A stretch of DNA of 62,768 nucleotides from Nitrospinota bacterium (lineage in GTDB: Bacteria; UBA8248). The notes under the pieces were generated by a model, which worked only from the letters and a program-made list of their open reading frames with translations, ran no database searches and was not told the origin of the DNA. Positions 52,536 through 62,768 of this stretch are shown one piece after another (position 1 is the stretch's first letter; every line of letters begins with the position of its first letter). The stretch covers positions 1 to 62,768 of the forward strand of contig JASLZZ010000116.1 in NCBI GenBank assembly GCA_030754595.1, given 5' to 3'. The position numbers and the translations under genes are program-made.

Positions 52536-53897
52536 ATGACAGAATCGCCGCGAAACGAATCTTACCTGACGGAGCCGGTGCCGGGAACGGGGGGCCGCCT
52601 TCGCACGGAAGACGATGATTTCCGCGTCGAGGAAATTCCCCTCAATCCCCCCGAGGGCCTGGGCGATCATCTTTATCTGCGGCTGGAAAAACGCGGGCTC
52701 CCGACGCTGGAGGCCGTCCGAGCCATCGCCCGTTTGGCCGGCGTGGATGAAAAAGACATTGGCTATGCCGGTCTGAAGGATGCGCGTGCGGTGACGCTGC
52801 AGTGGATATCCGCGCTTGCCCCCGGCAGTGGAGCGGAGCGCAAGCTGGCCTCCTCGCGGCTTCCGGAGGGCCTGCGGATAACGGAGGTCAAGAGAGGCCG
52901 CGCCAAGCTCAGGCGGGGCGATCTTCTGGGGAACCGCTTTGATATTCGGGTCAGGGGGGTCTCTCCCGGAGCGGCTGATCGGGCGCGTGAGACGCTGGCG
53001 GCGCTCACGGAACGCGGGGTTCTCAACGCCTATGGCGAGCAAAGATTCGGCGTGCGCGGAAACTCCGCCGAAGTGGGCCGTGCGCTTGTCCTGGGGGACT
53101 GGGCCGGGGCCCTGGCTCATCTTTTCGGCTCTTCCCCGGTTGAGGCTGAAAAGAATAGCAGATCCGCCGAGGCGGCCCGTAGGTTCGGGGCGGGCGATTT
53201 GGCGGGCGCTCTTCGACTTTATCCCGAGGGATGGAAGGCCGAGCGGCGCGTGCTCACCGCTCTCATGGCCGGGGTGGCCCCCGAGAAGGCGCTGAAGGCG
53301 ATCCCCCGGAGGGAGCGCGTTTTGTTTGCCTCGGCGCTCCAGTCCGCCATATTTAATGCGTGTCTGGCGAGGCGGCTCGATGGAGGCGCCTGCGATAGGC
53401 TTCTCTCCGGTGACGCGTTGTTCAGCCACAAAAGCGGCAAGATCCGCCGCATCGGAGACCCCGGAAAAGAAGCCGCCGCCCTGGCCCGGTTCGATGTGAG
53501 CCCGGCGGGTCCGCTCGTTGGCGAAAAAATGCTGGAGGCCAGGGGGGAGCCGGGCGAGATGGAGGCGGACGCGCTGCGGGTTTTGGGTCTCGATCGCGGC
53601 GCACTGAACAAAGGCCTCGCGCGAATGGGCGTCCGGGGCGGACGAAGACCCTACCGCGCCCGGCTCCGGGTGGAGGGAGTCTCGGCCGAGGGAGGGGATC
53701 TGCGCCTTCGCTTCGAGCTGCCTCCCGGCGCTTACGCCACCGAGGTCCTCCGCGAGGTGATGAAGGTGGAATCGCCCGGGGGAGCGAGATATTATCTCCG
53801 AGAGGTAAATCTCCAGGAGGCTCCCAGTCGGGAGATTCTCTGTCAAGAGACTCTCTGTCGAGAGTCACCCCGAACAATCGACGGCGGAGGAGCTTGA
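52536..53897 (+). CDS. truD: tRNA pseudouridine(13) synthase
   Basis: DFRVEE, GYAGLKDARAVTLQ, GNRFDI, NAYGEQRFG, SALQSAIFN, FELPPGAYAT. Confidence 0.95.
   Translation: MTESPRNESYLTEPVPGTGGRLRTEDDDFRVEEIPLNPPEGLGDHLYLRLEKRGLPTLEAVRAIARLAGVDEKDIGYAGLKDARAVTLQWISALAPGSGAERKLASSRLPEGLRITEVKRGRAKLRRGDLLGNRFDIRVRGVSPGAADRARETLAALTERGVLNAYGEQRFGVRGNSAEVGRALVLGDWAGALAHLFGSSPVEAEKNSRSAEAARRFGAGDLAGALRLYPEGWKAERRVLTALMAGVAPEKALKAIPRRERVLFASALQSAIFNACLARRLDGGACDRLLSGDALFSHKSGKIRRIGDPGKEAAALARFDVSPAGPLVGEKMLEARGEPGEMEADALRVLGLDRGALNKGLARMGVRGGRRPYRARLRVEGVSAEGGDLRLRFELPPGAYATEVLREVMKVESPGGARYYLREVNLQEAPSREILCQETLCRESPRTIDGGGA
53787..53876 (+). repeat. degenerate 15-bp tandem repeat in the truD 3' end
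   Basis: GAG recurs every 15 nt (53802, 53817, 53832, 53847, 53862), e.g. GAGATTCTCTGTCAA/GAGACTCTCTGTCGA. Confidence 0.55.
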
Positions 53898-54796
53898 TGA
53901 AGGTTTTCGTTACCGGCGGAACCGGCCATGTTGGCGAATCCGTGGTGCGCCTGCTTTCCGAGGGCGGCCACGATAGCCGGGTTCTTTCCAGGGACGCCGA
54001 GGCGGCGCGAAGACGGGCGGAAGCTATCCCGCGCGTCTATCCCGTTCGCGGAGACATTACCGGCGGCGCCGGTCATCTGGCCGGGGTGATGAAAGGCAAC
54101 GAAGCCGTTATCCACATCGTCGGCATCATCATCGAAAAAGGGACCCCGGGGTTCGAAGCCATGCACACCGAGGGCACGCGCCATGTTGTCGAAGCCGCGA
54201 AACAAGCGGGCGTGAAGCGCTTTATTCATATGAGCGCTCTCGGCGCCCGCGAGGACGCCGCCGCCCGCTACCACCGGACGAAATTCGCAGCCGAGCAAAT
54301 TGTCCGCGAGAGCGGGCTCGACTGGACGATTTTCCGCCCGTCGATCATCTACGGAGAGCGCGACGAATTTTTGAACACCTTCGCCGGAATCGCCCGCCGT
54401 TCACCGGCAATTCCCATCATCGGATCGGGGCGCGGAAAGCTTCAGCCAATCTGGGTGAAGGACGTGGCCCGTTGTTTCGTCGGGGCGCTCGACACGAGCG
54501 AGACCTTCGGCCGGACATACGAAATGGGCGGCGACAAGGCGTATTCCATCAAGGAGACTTTGCGCCTCCTGCTCAGATCAATGAGCAAGCGAAGACTCTT
54601 CGCGCACATGCCGGCGGATGCCGCTCGCCTGCAAGCGAAGATGTTCGACTACCTTCCCGGCAAGCCCCCCTTCACCGAGGACCAGATCACCATGCTGGCC
54701 GAGGACAACGTCTGCGACCCCGCCCCGCTGAAAGAAGCCTTCGGCCTGAATCTCCGGCCGATGGAAGACTACCTCGCTGAGCGGTTCGGTAAGTAA
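53894..54796 (+). CDS. NAD-dependent epimerase / complex I NDUFA9-like atypical SDR
   Basis: VTGGTGHVG, HMSALGA, YHRTK, RPSIIYG, QPIWVKDVA. Confidence 0.9.
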   Translation: MMKVFVTGGTGHVGESVVRLLSEGGHDSRVLSRDAEAARRRAEAIPRVYPVRGDITGGAGHLAGVMKGNEAVIHIVGIIIEKGTPGFEAMHTEGTRHVVEAAKQAGVKRFIHMSALGAREDAAARYHRTKFAAEQIVRESGLDWTIFRPSIIYGERDEFLNTFAGIARRSPAIPIIGSGRGKLQPIWVKDVARCFVGALDTSETFGRTYEMGGDKAYSIKETLRLLLRSMSKRRLFAHMPADAARLQAKMFDYLPGKPPFTEDQITMLAEDNVCDPAPLKEAFGLNLRPMEDYLAERFGK

Positions 54797-54934
54797 AACC
54801 ACACATGCCCAGGGCAGCCTCCCCCTGGAGGGTGGCCGAAATGATTGCCAGCCGGAACGCGGCGGGCATCTGCGGTTTGGGAGGGGCGGCGGGGCCGCGC
54901 AAGTGATTGCCGTTCTCGCACAGGCCTTTTTTGT

Positions 54935-56428
54935 TCAGGCTTTGCCGGCGTGCCGTGCGGCGCCCTCTCCGGCGAGCTTGCCGAATACGGCGCCCGACAT
55001 CAGCCCCGAACCGCCGGGATAGTTGTAGTAGAAAAGCCCGCCGACGAGCTCCCCGCAAGCGAAGAGCCCCGGAACATTCTTGTTTTCCGCGTCCAGGACC
55101 TGGGAGTTTTTCGTGGTGCGCAGCCCCCCGAAGGTAAAGGTGATCCCGGCGGTGACGCCGTAGGCCTCGTAGGGGGGCGCGTCCATTTTTTGCGCCCAGT
55201 TGGATTTGGGCGGATCGATCCCCACGGTTTTTTTCCCGTCGAGGATCGTCGGATTGAATTCGGTGTCCTGCACGGCGGCGTTGTACTCCTCGATGGTTTT
55301 GACGAAACCCTCGACGTCGATCTCCATTTGCTCCGCAAGCCCCTCAAGCGTGTCCGAGGCGCATTTCGTCACCTCGCGGATGCGGTACTCATCTCGCATG
55401 AGAGGAAGGCATTTTTGATCGAAAATCTGCCAGGCGATTCGGCTGGGCTGCCTGAGCACGCGCCTTCCATATTCGGCGTAGGTGTAATTGCGAAAATCCG
55501 CTCCCTCGTCAACGAAGCGCTGCCCATGAATGTTGACGATGAGCCCGAAGGGATAGGAGTGTTTCTGAAAGCTCTCGCCCACTTTGCGATCACCGAAGGG
55601 GGGGGCGCCGAGGTCCCACTGAACGGTGTGGGACGAACTCCAGTGGCCGAAGGACTGCGCCCCGACCTCGAGAGCCATCTGGATGCCTTCGCCGGTGTTA
55701 TAGGGAGTGCCGCGAACCTTGGCGAGCTCCCAGTCCGGCCCCAGGTAGCGGCAGCGCATTTCGGTGTTTGCCTGAAATCCCCCCGCGCCGAGGACGATCG
55801 CGTCGGCCTCGATCTCGTAGGGCCCGTTTTCTCCGCGGACCTCGATTCCGGTGATCGCGCCCATCCGGTCCGCGATGAGACGGGTGGCCTTCGAGGCGTA
55901 GCGAATTTCGATCTCGTCTTTTTCGGCCCGCTCGATCAGAAAATCCACAAGGCCAACGCCACCACCGACAGCTTCGAGAACGAGGCCTCCCCAGAAGCGG
56001 AGTTTGCCTCCGACCTTGAAAGCCTGCCTTCCGCTCGCGAGGACGAAACGCACGTTTTTTGTCCGAAGCCATTTCATCGTCGGCAGGGAATTAAAAATCA
56101 ACGTGTTGGCGAGATCGGGGTCGGACATGTTGTCCGTCAAACGATAGAGGTCGCCGAAAAAACCGTCACTCGTATACGGCTTGATCTCGACCCCGGATTT
56201 TTCCGTGTCCGACATGTCGCCGACGAGATCGAAGACCTCATCTACGTTGTCGAAAGCAAAGCGGAAAAGTCCGCCCGTGAAGTAGGAGTTTCCGCCGCGC
56301 CATTCTTGTGGGGCTTTTTCTAGCACGAGCACCGAGGCCTCGTTTTCCTTGGCGGCCAGCGCCGCGCAAAGCGCAGCGTTCCCGCAGCCTACGACAACGA
56401 CATCGAAACGCTCATTTCCCTCTGGCAT
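54935..56428 (-). CDS. tcuA: FAD-dependent tricarballylate dehydrogenase TcuA-like
   Basis: VVVGCGNAALCAA, RGGNSYFT, GGFQAN, VRGTPYNTG, GITFTFGGL, NYPGGSGLMSGAVFG. Confidence 0.85.
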   Translation of the reverse strand: MPEGNERFDVVVVGCGNAALCAALAAKENEASVLVLEKAPQEWRGGNSYFTGGLFRFAFDNVDEVFDLVGDMSDTEKSGVEIKPYTSDGFFGDLYRLTDNMSDPDLANTLIFNSLPTMKWLRTKNVRFVLASGRQAFKVGGKLRFWGGLVLEAVGGGVGLVDFLIERAEKDEIEIRYASKATRLIADRMGAITGIEVRGENGPYEIEADAIVLGAGGFQANTEMRCRYLGPDWELAKVRGTPYNTGEGIQMALEVGAQSFGHWSSSHTVQWDLGAPPFGDRKVGESFQKHSYPFGLIVNIHGQRFVDEGADFRNYTYAEYGRRVLRQPSRIAWQIFDQKCLPLMRDEYRIREVTKCASDTLEGLAEQMEIDVEGFVKTIEEYNAAVQDTEFNPTILDGKKTVGIDPPKSNWAQKMDAPPYEAYGVTAGITFTFGGLRTTKNSQVLDAENKNVPGLFACGELVGGLFYYNYPGGSGLMSGAVFGKLAGEGAARHAGKA

Positions 56429-56489
56429 GAATCAGGACCTCTTGATTTTAGTGATGGAACGGCGAACAGGCTCCGACCCATACCTTAAA

Positions 56490-58700
56490 CTATTTGGCTG
56501 GAGGGAGCAAAATCACGTGCGGCAGAGCGGGAGGCGAGGCGAAGCCCGGCGAGCGATTTTCTTTTTGGATTTGGGTGGTCTGGAGCGCGGGAAAGCGGAC
56601 AATGAACGTCGTGCCCTCTCCGGTCTCGGTTTCCAGCAAGACTTCTCCCCCGTGATTTTTCACAGTGCCGTGCAAAACCGACAAGCCCAGGCCCGTTCCC
56701 TTGTCGGGCTCCTTGGTCGTGAAAAACGGATCGAATATCCGGGGCAGCGCTTCGCTCGAGATTCCCTCGCCGGTATCAGAAACACGAACTTCCCAAAACT
56801 GATTTCCCTCTACTTCAACTCTGCCGGACGAAATGGAAAGCGTTCCCCCGCCCGGCATCGCGTCCAGGACGTTGCTGATGAGATTAAGGAAAACCTGCTG
56901 GATCTGGTTGGCGTCCTCCATGACAACCGACGGGCCCTCGCTTAAATTAAGTTTCATTTTAACTCCCGAGGGAGAGAACTCATATTTAATCAGATTGAGG
57001 CTTGCATCCAGAGCGTCGTCGGGGTCGAAGGGCTCCGTCGACGGAACTTCGTCGCGGGAGAACCTTCGCAAATCATCGCAAATTTTCTTGATGCGGTTGA
57101 CGTTCCGCACAATGATGTCGGCGGATTGTTTTTCTTCGCTGCCTCCGGGGACATCGGACGCGAGCATTTCCGCGCGAAGCTGAATCACTCCGGCCGGATT
57201 GAGAATTTCGTGGGCCGCTCCCGCCGCAAGGGTTCCGAGAGAGGAGGGCTTCTCGGCCCGGACGATCATCTCCTGGCTCAGGCGAAGCTCTTCAAGCGCC
57301 TTCCTTAAGTTGGAGTAGTTTTCAGCATTTTCGATGGCTATGGCTGCCATGTTGGCAAGCGATTTGATGATTTCGAATTCGCCTTTGGTGTATTCCCGCT
57401 TCTTCCGAGTGAGACAACTCAGCACACCGATCGTTTGCTCTTCGTATTTCAGCGGAACGGAAAGAGACGACTCGATTCCATATTTCCGGATGACATCGGG
57501 TTTTTTCCAAAAGGGAAATTCTTTCACATTTTCGATAAATTGGAGTTGGCTTGTTTTGGCGGCCATACCAACTTCGCCATCTCCACGTCCATATGTTCCT
57601 TGGGGTTCTTCGGAAAAGTAATCGCCCAGAGACGCCCGCATGGAATAAATATCTTCCTGGCAAATAAAGACAGCGACATCGGACAGGTCCAGCAGAGAAC
57701 GCGCTGATTCTAGAATCGATTCGAGAACCTCGTCTAGGTCGAGGCTCGTGCTTATCTTCAAGGTCAGGTCGTTGAGGGTGGCCAGGCGCTTGATGTACCT
57801 CTCTCGTTTTCTTTCGGCGCGTATTTTCTCGATGACGTCCTGAACGGTCCCAACTATCCGGATCGGATTGCCCGTCTTGTCTCGGAACAGCTTGCTCTCG
57901 GCATGAACGATCCGACTGTTTCCATCTAGAAGAGGTATTCTGTAATCAAGGCGGAATGTTCCTTCCTCCTGCGATAAGTTGATGTTTCTTTCCCGAACAG
58001 TATCCCTGTCCTCGGGATGAACCCGAGAAATAAATTTCTCAAAGGTTATGGCGATTTCTTGGGGTTCCACTCCGAAAATCCGGTAGGTTTCATCCGACCA
58101 GTACATTTTATCCGTTAAGAGGTTTCTTTCCCAGCTTCCGATGCTGGCGATTTTCTACGCCTCGGCGAGGCACGCTTCGCTCTGGCGAATGGTTTCTTCG
58201 GCGCGTTTTTGCGCGGTAAAGTCCCTGTGGATGAGGCTGACGGCGATCACATCGCCGTCCTCGTTTCTAACGGGCGAGGTCGTGGTACCTACAGGCACTG
58301 ATGAGCCGTCTTTTCTTGCCTTGCTGACCTCCGTCTGAAATGTTTCTCCACGGCTCGCTCTTTCCCTGAGATCTGGGCTGTGCCAATCTGATTCGGGGAA
58401 AATGATATTTGTTGAATTTCCAAGGGCTTCTTCCTCGCTGTATCCATAGATTTTTTCGGCCCCGGAATTCCAGTGGATGATCCGGTGGTCCAGGTCCCAG
58501 ATGATGATGGCGTCGGCGTTGTCGTCCACGACGCTCTTGAAAAAATCCAGGCTTTTCCGGGACTCCTCGTACAGGCGGGTGTTCTGGATTGCCGATCCGA
58601 TATGGTCCGCGATGGAGACAAGCAATTCCTCCTCCTCGCCCGTGAACGCATCGGGCTCCTCTCGAAGAAGCATAAAATGCCCGTTCTCCGCGTCGATCTT
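56490..58700 (-). pseudogene. GAF/PAS/PAS/GAF sensor histidine kinase, 5'-truncated with an internal TAG
   Basis: ORFs 58155..58673 and 56490..58106 are in frame across TAG 58155-58157 (LAEA*KIASIGSW). H-box AHEILNP, N-box NLISN and DPFFTTK..GTGLGLS are present. The sequence begins mid-GAF. Confidence 0.85.
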
Positions 58701-58865
58701 TACTATTTCGCTTTAAGTAAATCCAATATTAAAATTTAGTTAGGCTACTCCAACTTACCGGATGACCTTATTCAAGATTTATGTCAAAAGTAGAGTCCAA
58801 AAAGTTCGGCGAAATTTGAGCTACCCGTTAGAAACCTCAGTCATCACACCATGAAAAAATGACTC

Positions 58866-60248
58866 TCATGCAAACAACCTTCGGTACATATCCGAGCAGA
58901 ACAAAAAATCCGAATCGTATTTTTTTTTCAAATCATCAAACGCCCTCCAGTTCGGGTACATCAGACGAAAATGATCGGCGGAAAGCATCTCATCTTTTGC
59001 AAGGTACGTTTTCCCGCCGGCCCAGGATACAACATCGTTCATACGTCCGAAAAGATCGATCAGTTCTTTCCTCCTTCCGGGATCGACTGGAATGTCGATC
59101 CCGATGGAGCAACCGTCTAAAGAAAAGCCCAGCATAAATTCATCTTTCCTGTGGCTTTTGATCGCCGTCAGGTGGGAAGGATGCCCATAGGCCTGTGTCA
59201 ACAAAATTAGTTCACGAAACGCCTCGACACAATTCGCGAAGGGTAACAGAGGTTCCAACTCAAGGTATCCATGAGGCTCAAAAAGAGATTTCCAGCCCGG
59301 GATCGTGTCAAGAAGGAATGTGAACTCGAAAAAATTTTGAATGCCGGCCTCCCCGCCCGAGGCCATACGATCCAAATGGTATTTTGCCGAATTGACCATT
59401 TTCATCATCGGGTTTCCAAAAAAAGGTTTGATCACGGGCCATATCCACGTCCTCGGAAAAAAACCGAAAAAATAAGGAGAGGTATAGGAAAACTCCCGGC
59501 CGGATTTAGCGGACCTCGGTGCCTCTACGAAGCTTGCAGCATGAATCGTCCCCCGGCCGAAATTCGCGCCTTTGGTGAAGCAGTCCACCCACCCAATATG
59601 ATAGTCGGCGGTCCCCCTCAGCGTCCCAAAATCATCGAGCATCCTCTCGAGAGAGGAAACGGTCCATTTTCGGACCTTAAGAAAGGGCGAGGGAATACGC
59701 TTAAGTTGAAGGTCAATCTCAAGAACCACGCCAAACATTCCCATGCCGCCGATAACCGCGTGAAATAACTCGGAGTTTTTCTCGCGGCTGCACCGGTGCT
59801 CGTCCCCCCTCGCCGTCAGGAGGGTAAACTCAACCACGCAGGCTCCGAAGTTTCCGTCGGACCATCCATTTTTTCCGTGGACGTTATTCGAGAGCGCCCC
59901 GCCGATGGAGGGATAACGCGTACCGGGAACGACAGGAAGCACCCAATTATCCTTTAGGCAGCAATTGAGCGCCTGTTCGAATCTTACCCCGGGTTCGACC
60001 CGCATCTGGCCGTTTTCTGGATTCCAATCCAAAATTCGGTCCATTCCGCTCAAATCGAGTATGGCGCCGCCCGAATTAAGAATTTCATCGCCATAACTAT
60101 ACCCCGCCCCGCGAAGGGTCACCGAAAGACCCCGGTGGCTGGCTTCTTTCAGGATACGATCCACATCTTCTGGAGAGCCAGCACGCGACACATAAGACTC
60201 CGCGTGGGAGGCGTTGGACCAACCGAAGGTGCGCTCCAGGCTAAACAT
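58866..60248 (-). CDS. FAD-binding oxidoreductase, DprE1-like
   Basis: RGAGYSYGD, VVPGT..SIGG..NNVHGKN, GGMGMFG, YLAKD, DSDFLFCSDMYRRL. Confidence 0.88.
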   Translation of the reverse strand: MFSLERTFGWSNASHAESYVSRAGSPEDVDRILKEASHRGLSVTLRGAGYSYGDEILNSGGAILDLSGMDRILDWNPENGQMRVEPGVRFEQALNCCLKDNWVLPVVPGTRYPSIGGALSNNVHGKNGWSDGNFGACVVEFTLLTARGDEHRCSREKNSELFHAVIGGMGMFGVVLEIDLQLKRIPSPFLKVRKWTVSSLERMLDDFGTLRGTADYHIGWVDCFTKGANFGRGTIHAASFVEAPRSAKSGREFSYTSPYFFGFFPRTWIWPVIKPFFGNPMMKMVNSAKYHLDRMASGGEAGIQNFFEFTFLLDTIPGWKSLFEPHGYLELEPLLPFANCVEAFRELILLTQAYGHPSHLTAIKSHRKDEFMLGFSLDGCSIGIDIPVDPGRRKELIDLFGRMNDVVSWAGGKTYLAKDEMLSADHFRLMYPNWRAFDDLKKKYDSDFLFCSDMYRRLFA

Positions 60249-61137
60249 TGATCATATTGAGAAAGTTTTCGCCAAGAATTAAATCACGGTCCCGCTCGCT
60301 CACCGGCAAGCGGTCAATCCATCCCTTCACACGCCCATAGTCATAAGAACCGTCTGAAGTTAAAAAGCCGTAGGGGCTGTCCGTCCCGTAGAGGCACTTC
60401 TCCGGCCCGGCGAAGGCAACGGCCCGTCTGACAAATCTCTCGCTCAAATGGGCACTGGAAAGATCCATGTAAGCATTGGGAAAACCCCGGACCACAGGCC
60501 AGAGCGCCTTGAAGTAGGGTATCCCGGCATGGGCATAGATGATTTTGAGCCGCGGAAAACTCTCCACCAGCCACCGGTAGTCGCCCTGAGCGCCAAAACC
60601 CATATGGAGGATTAACGGAAGCGCAATCTCCTCGGCCCGCCGGGCGATTCCCTCAAGGTCGGCCAAAGGATACCTGTGCCAATAGGGATGCGCTTTCACA
60701 CCAATCATCCCCCGCACCCCGCGCCATCTTTCCATCTCGTCGAGCACGCCGGGATTGTCCTTGGGGTTTAAGAAAATCCAGCCCCAAAAGCGATCCGGTT
60801 TTTTTTCGATCGCCTCGGCAACGCTCTCATTGTCCATTTTCATGGTCTTTACGTATCCGACGCTGCCTTTCGTAAAAGGTCGCCAAACGGGCCGGAGGGT
60901 GTCCTTCTCATCATAAAAGGACAGACTTACCGCAGCGGCCACCGGCCGGAGCAGCGAAGAATTCATCATATTCCGTTGAACCATGAGGAGAAATTGGGGT
61001 TTTTTCGGCTCCACCTCATCGTTGACTCGCGCCATGAGCGCAACACGGCCAATTCCCTCTTCATCCATTTTCTTGACCATATCCTCGATCTCGAGAGATC
61101 GAACATCCAAGTGGGCATGACAGTCGATAATCATCAA
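60241..61137 (-). CDS. amidohydrolase_2 family protein
   Basis: IDCHAH, GVKAHP, ILHMG, YAHAG, LYGTDSP, ILGEN. Confidence 0.88.
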   Translation of the reverse strand: MMIIDCHAHLDVRSLEIEDMVKKMDEEGIGRVALMARVNDEVEPKKPQFLLMVQRNMMNSSLLRPVAAAVSLSFYDEKDTLRPVWRPFTKGSVGYVKTMKMDNESVAEAIEKKPDRFWGWIFLNPKDNPGVLDEMERWRGVRGMIGVKAHPYWHRYPLADLEGIARRAEEIALPLILHMGFGAQGDYRWLVESFPRLKIIYAHAGIPYFKALWPVVRGFPNAYMDLSSAHLSERFVRRAVAFAGPEKCLYGTDSPYGFLTSDGSYDYGRVKGWIDRLPVSERDRDLILGENFLNMINV

Positions 61138-61447
61138 ACATTCCTGACTCTGAATGGATCGGCAGGCGGGAGATTGCGCTTACCCCTCATTTTCTCCGAA
61201 CGCCCAACCCGACATTCCGTAAAACCAGATTCCATGAAATCGAATGAACTAAAGCATAAATCGCGAAAAACGGGAATTGTGCGAATGTCTTATTAGTGTG
61301 ATTGGCCTCCTTCGGTCAATGAAGATAATTTCCCGGAACTCCTCTCTTCTTCAGATCTTCAATAAAACAAACTCAAAAAACACTCGGATTTTGTCTTTAA
61401 CGTAAAAAAAAGGCTTATTCCAAGGCATCGGGGTTTCTCAAAAATCT

Positions 61448-62350
61448 CTACGGCTTTCGCCCTTCGGTAAAAATTAAAAACCCCAACCTTGACCAAATCC
61501 AAGCATACAAACCGTCAGGAATCATTCTCTCAAAATTCCGGCGCCACCTAATGGGCAGAAAAAAAGATACTGCTTTTTTCTGCTCAAATGCGGTTTGGTG
61601 GACAATTTCCAACTCCGGAAACAACTGGGTTCGGATAATTTTCCGGGTAAAATACTTGACGAGCGGTGCGCCTCCCACTTCCTTCCAGTCGGTGTATCGA
61701 TTACGAAGCTCTTGCACGCCCATCGCAAGAAGTTTTCCGCGAAAAACACCGTACCCGAGGATCACATTGATCCAGTTGAACATGGAGTTTTTATTATAGA
61801 TCATGATGCCCAAGCGCCCGCCGGGTTTCAAGATCCGGGATATCTCTTTCGCACAGACAATGGTGTCGGGGCTATGATGGATGACGCCCCAGCTCCAGAC
61901 ATAATCGAAGCTCTGGCTTTCGAAAGGTAATCTCTCTGCATCAGCCTCACTGACTTCCGCATGAAACCCCTTCAGGGAAAGCCGCCGCCGGGTAACCTCC
62001 ACTGAAGTCGGCGACAAATCCACAGCGGCGAGAACCGCACCGGCGCGGCACAATATCTCGCTGTGCGTGCCGAGGCCGCATCCGACCTCAAGGACCTTCT
62101 TTCCGGGGAGCCAGTCAATCGGCATCAAACGAGAAAACATCGGCTCATCCCTAACATGAGCGAAATATGCATCATGGTCGAAATTCCGATCTACACCCTC
62201 TAAATAATTCAAAAAATCATCATCGTTCATATCGGTATCTACCCCCAAATAGGGGGTTTCGCCTGTATCAACATAATCCTGCGAATGGCGCGACCACCAA
62301 TTTCGCGATTTCTCTTTTAAATCAAAGTCGTTCTTTTCCAACGTTACCAC
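61448..62350 (-). CDS. class I SAM-dependent methyltransferase
   Basis: VLEVGCGLG, DAERLPF, SWGVIHH, LKPGG. Confidence 0.92.
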   Translation of the reverse strand: MVTLEKNDFDLKEKSRNWWSRHSQDYVDTGETPYLGVDTDMNDDDFLNYLEGVDRNFDHDAYFAHVRDEPMFSRLMPIDWLPGKKVLEVGCGLGTHSEILCRAGAVLAAVDLSPTSVEVTRRRLSLKGFHAEVSEADAERLPFESQSFDYVWSWGVIHHSPDTIVCAKEISRILKPGGRLGIMIYNKNSMFNWINVILGYGVFRGKLLAMGVQELRNRYTDWKEVGGAPLVKYFTRKIIRTQLFPELEIVHQTAFEQKKAVSFFLPIRWRRNFERMIPDGLYAWIWSRLGFLIFTEGRKP

Positions 62351-62398
62351 CGGTCCTTTTTTCGCTGGCCGCCGCCAATTTGAGGGAGCAAAGACCCT

Positions 62399-62768
62399 TC
62401 AGCCAGTCAACATGCGTGAAAATTCCTTGTACCGCTCATCCCAATCGAATCCCTGGACAGACTTCGAACGATGAAACCGATCAGCTTCATTCTGGGTGTT
62501 CAAAGACCGGTTCAACATTTCTAGGTGCTCTTCTGTATTGACGGCATAAAGCGCCAATTCTCCGGCAACGGCTCGGGTTTCCTCAAGGTCCGACACCACG
62601 AGCGGAAGCCCGGCACTCAGGGCCTCGTAAACTTTGATTGGACTCATGCTCTTGCTTAACTCATTTATCCGGAACGGCAACCAAAAAATATCAATTCCCG
62701 CGAGGAAGGCTGGTAGCGTCTTTCTTTCCTGAGGAGGCCAGAAGTACACGTTAGGCAGCATCACTTCC
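62399..62768 (-). CDS. glycosyltransferase (GT4/TuaH-like), C-terminal part; runs off the right edge
   Basis: LPFRINE..MSPIKVYEALSAGLPLVVS..FDW. Confidence 0.8.
   Translation of the reverse strand, partial: EVMLPNVYFWPPQERKTLPAFLAGIDIFWLPFRINELSKSMSPIKVYEALSAGLPLVVSDLEETRAVAGELALYAVNTEEHLEMLNRSLNTQNEADRFHRSKSVQGFDWDERYKEFSRMLTG

Noticed and set aside
58155..58157. In-frame TAG as pyrrolysine or programmed readthrough
   Set aside because: The position corresponds to Gln in a common PAS-linker motif (single C>T change), and the gene shows other signs of decay.

Overview
GC-rich bacterial chromosome segment spanning the replication origin. Core region: parB-parA-[parS x2]-mnmG-mnmE ... yidC-yidD-rnpA-rpmH on the minus strand; dnaA-[oriC with DnaA boxes, DnaA-trios and an AT-rich tract]-recF-gyrB-gyrA on the plus strand. 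dnaN, rsmG and jag are missing from their usual positions. The main hidden signal is selenocysteine recoding. Two minus-strand genes in one apparent operon (3.4-6.0 kb) are split in the ORF track by in-frame TGA codons that fall exactly at Cys-motif positions, each followed by a SECIS-like hairpin. One is a UGSC-type selenoprotein (GG-U-GSC). The other is an O6-methylguanine-DNA methyltransferase (P-U-HRV) that may carry an N-terminal ribbon-helix-helix domain. Beside them lie an orphan xanthine-dehydrogenase-family Mo subunit and three tandem, mosaic paralogs of an uncharacterised 'DGLPVVPPT' protein, together a candidate undescribed Se/Mo redox system. Other content: an IS3 remnant fused to an SDR remnant, metH, a split NAD synthetase whose halves bracket an accessory Dam-Fic-nuclease/cupin-VOC block, a BCP peroxiredoxin with a histone-like Lys/Ala tail, truD, tcuA, a decayed sensor kinase, and the end of a lower-GC surface-polysaccharide cluster. 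All calls come from reading motifs by eye; no searches were run.
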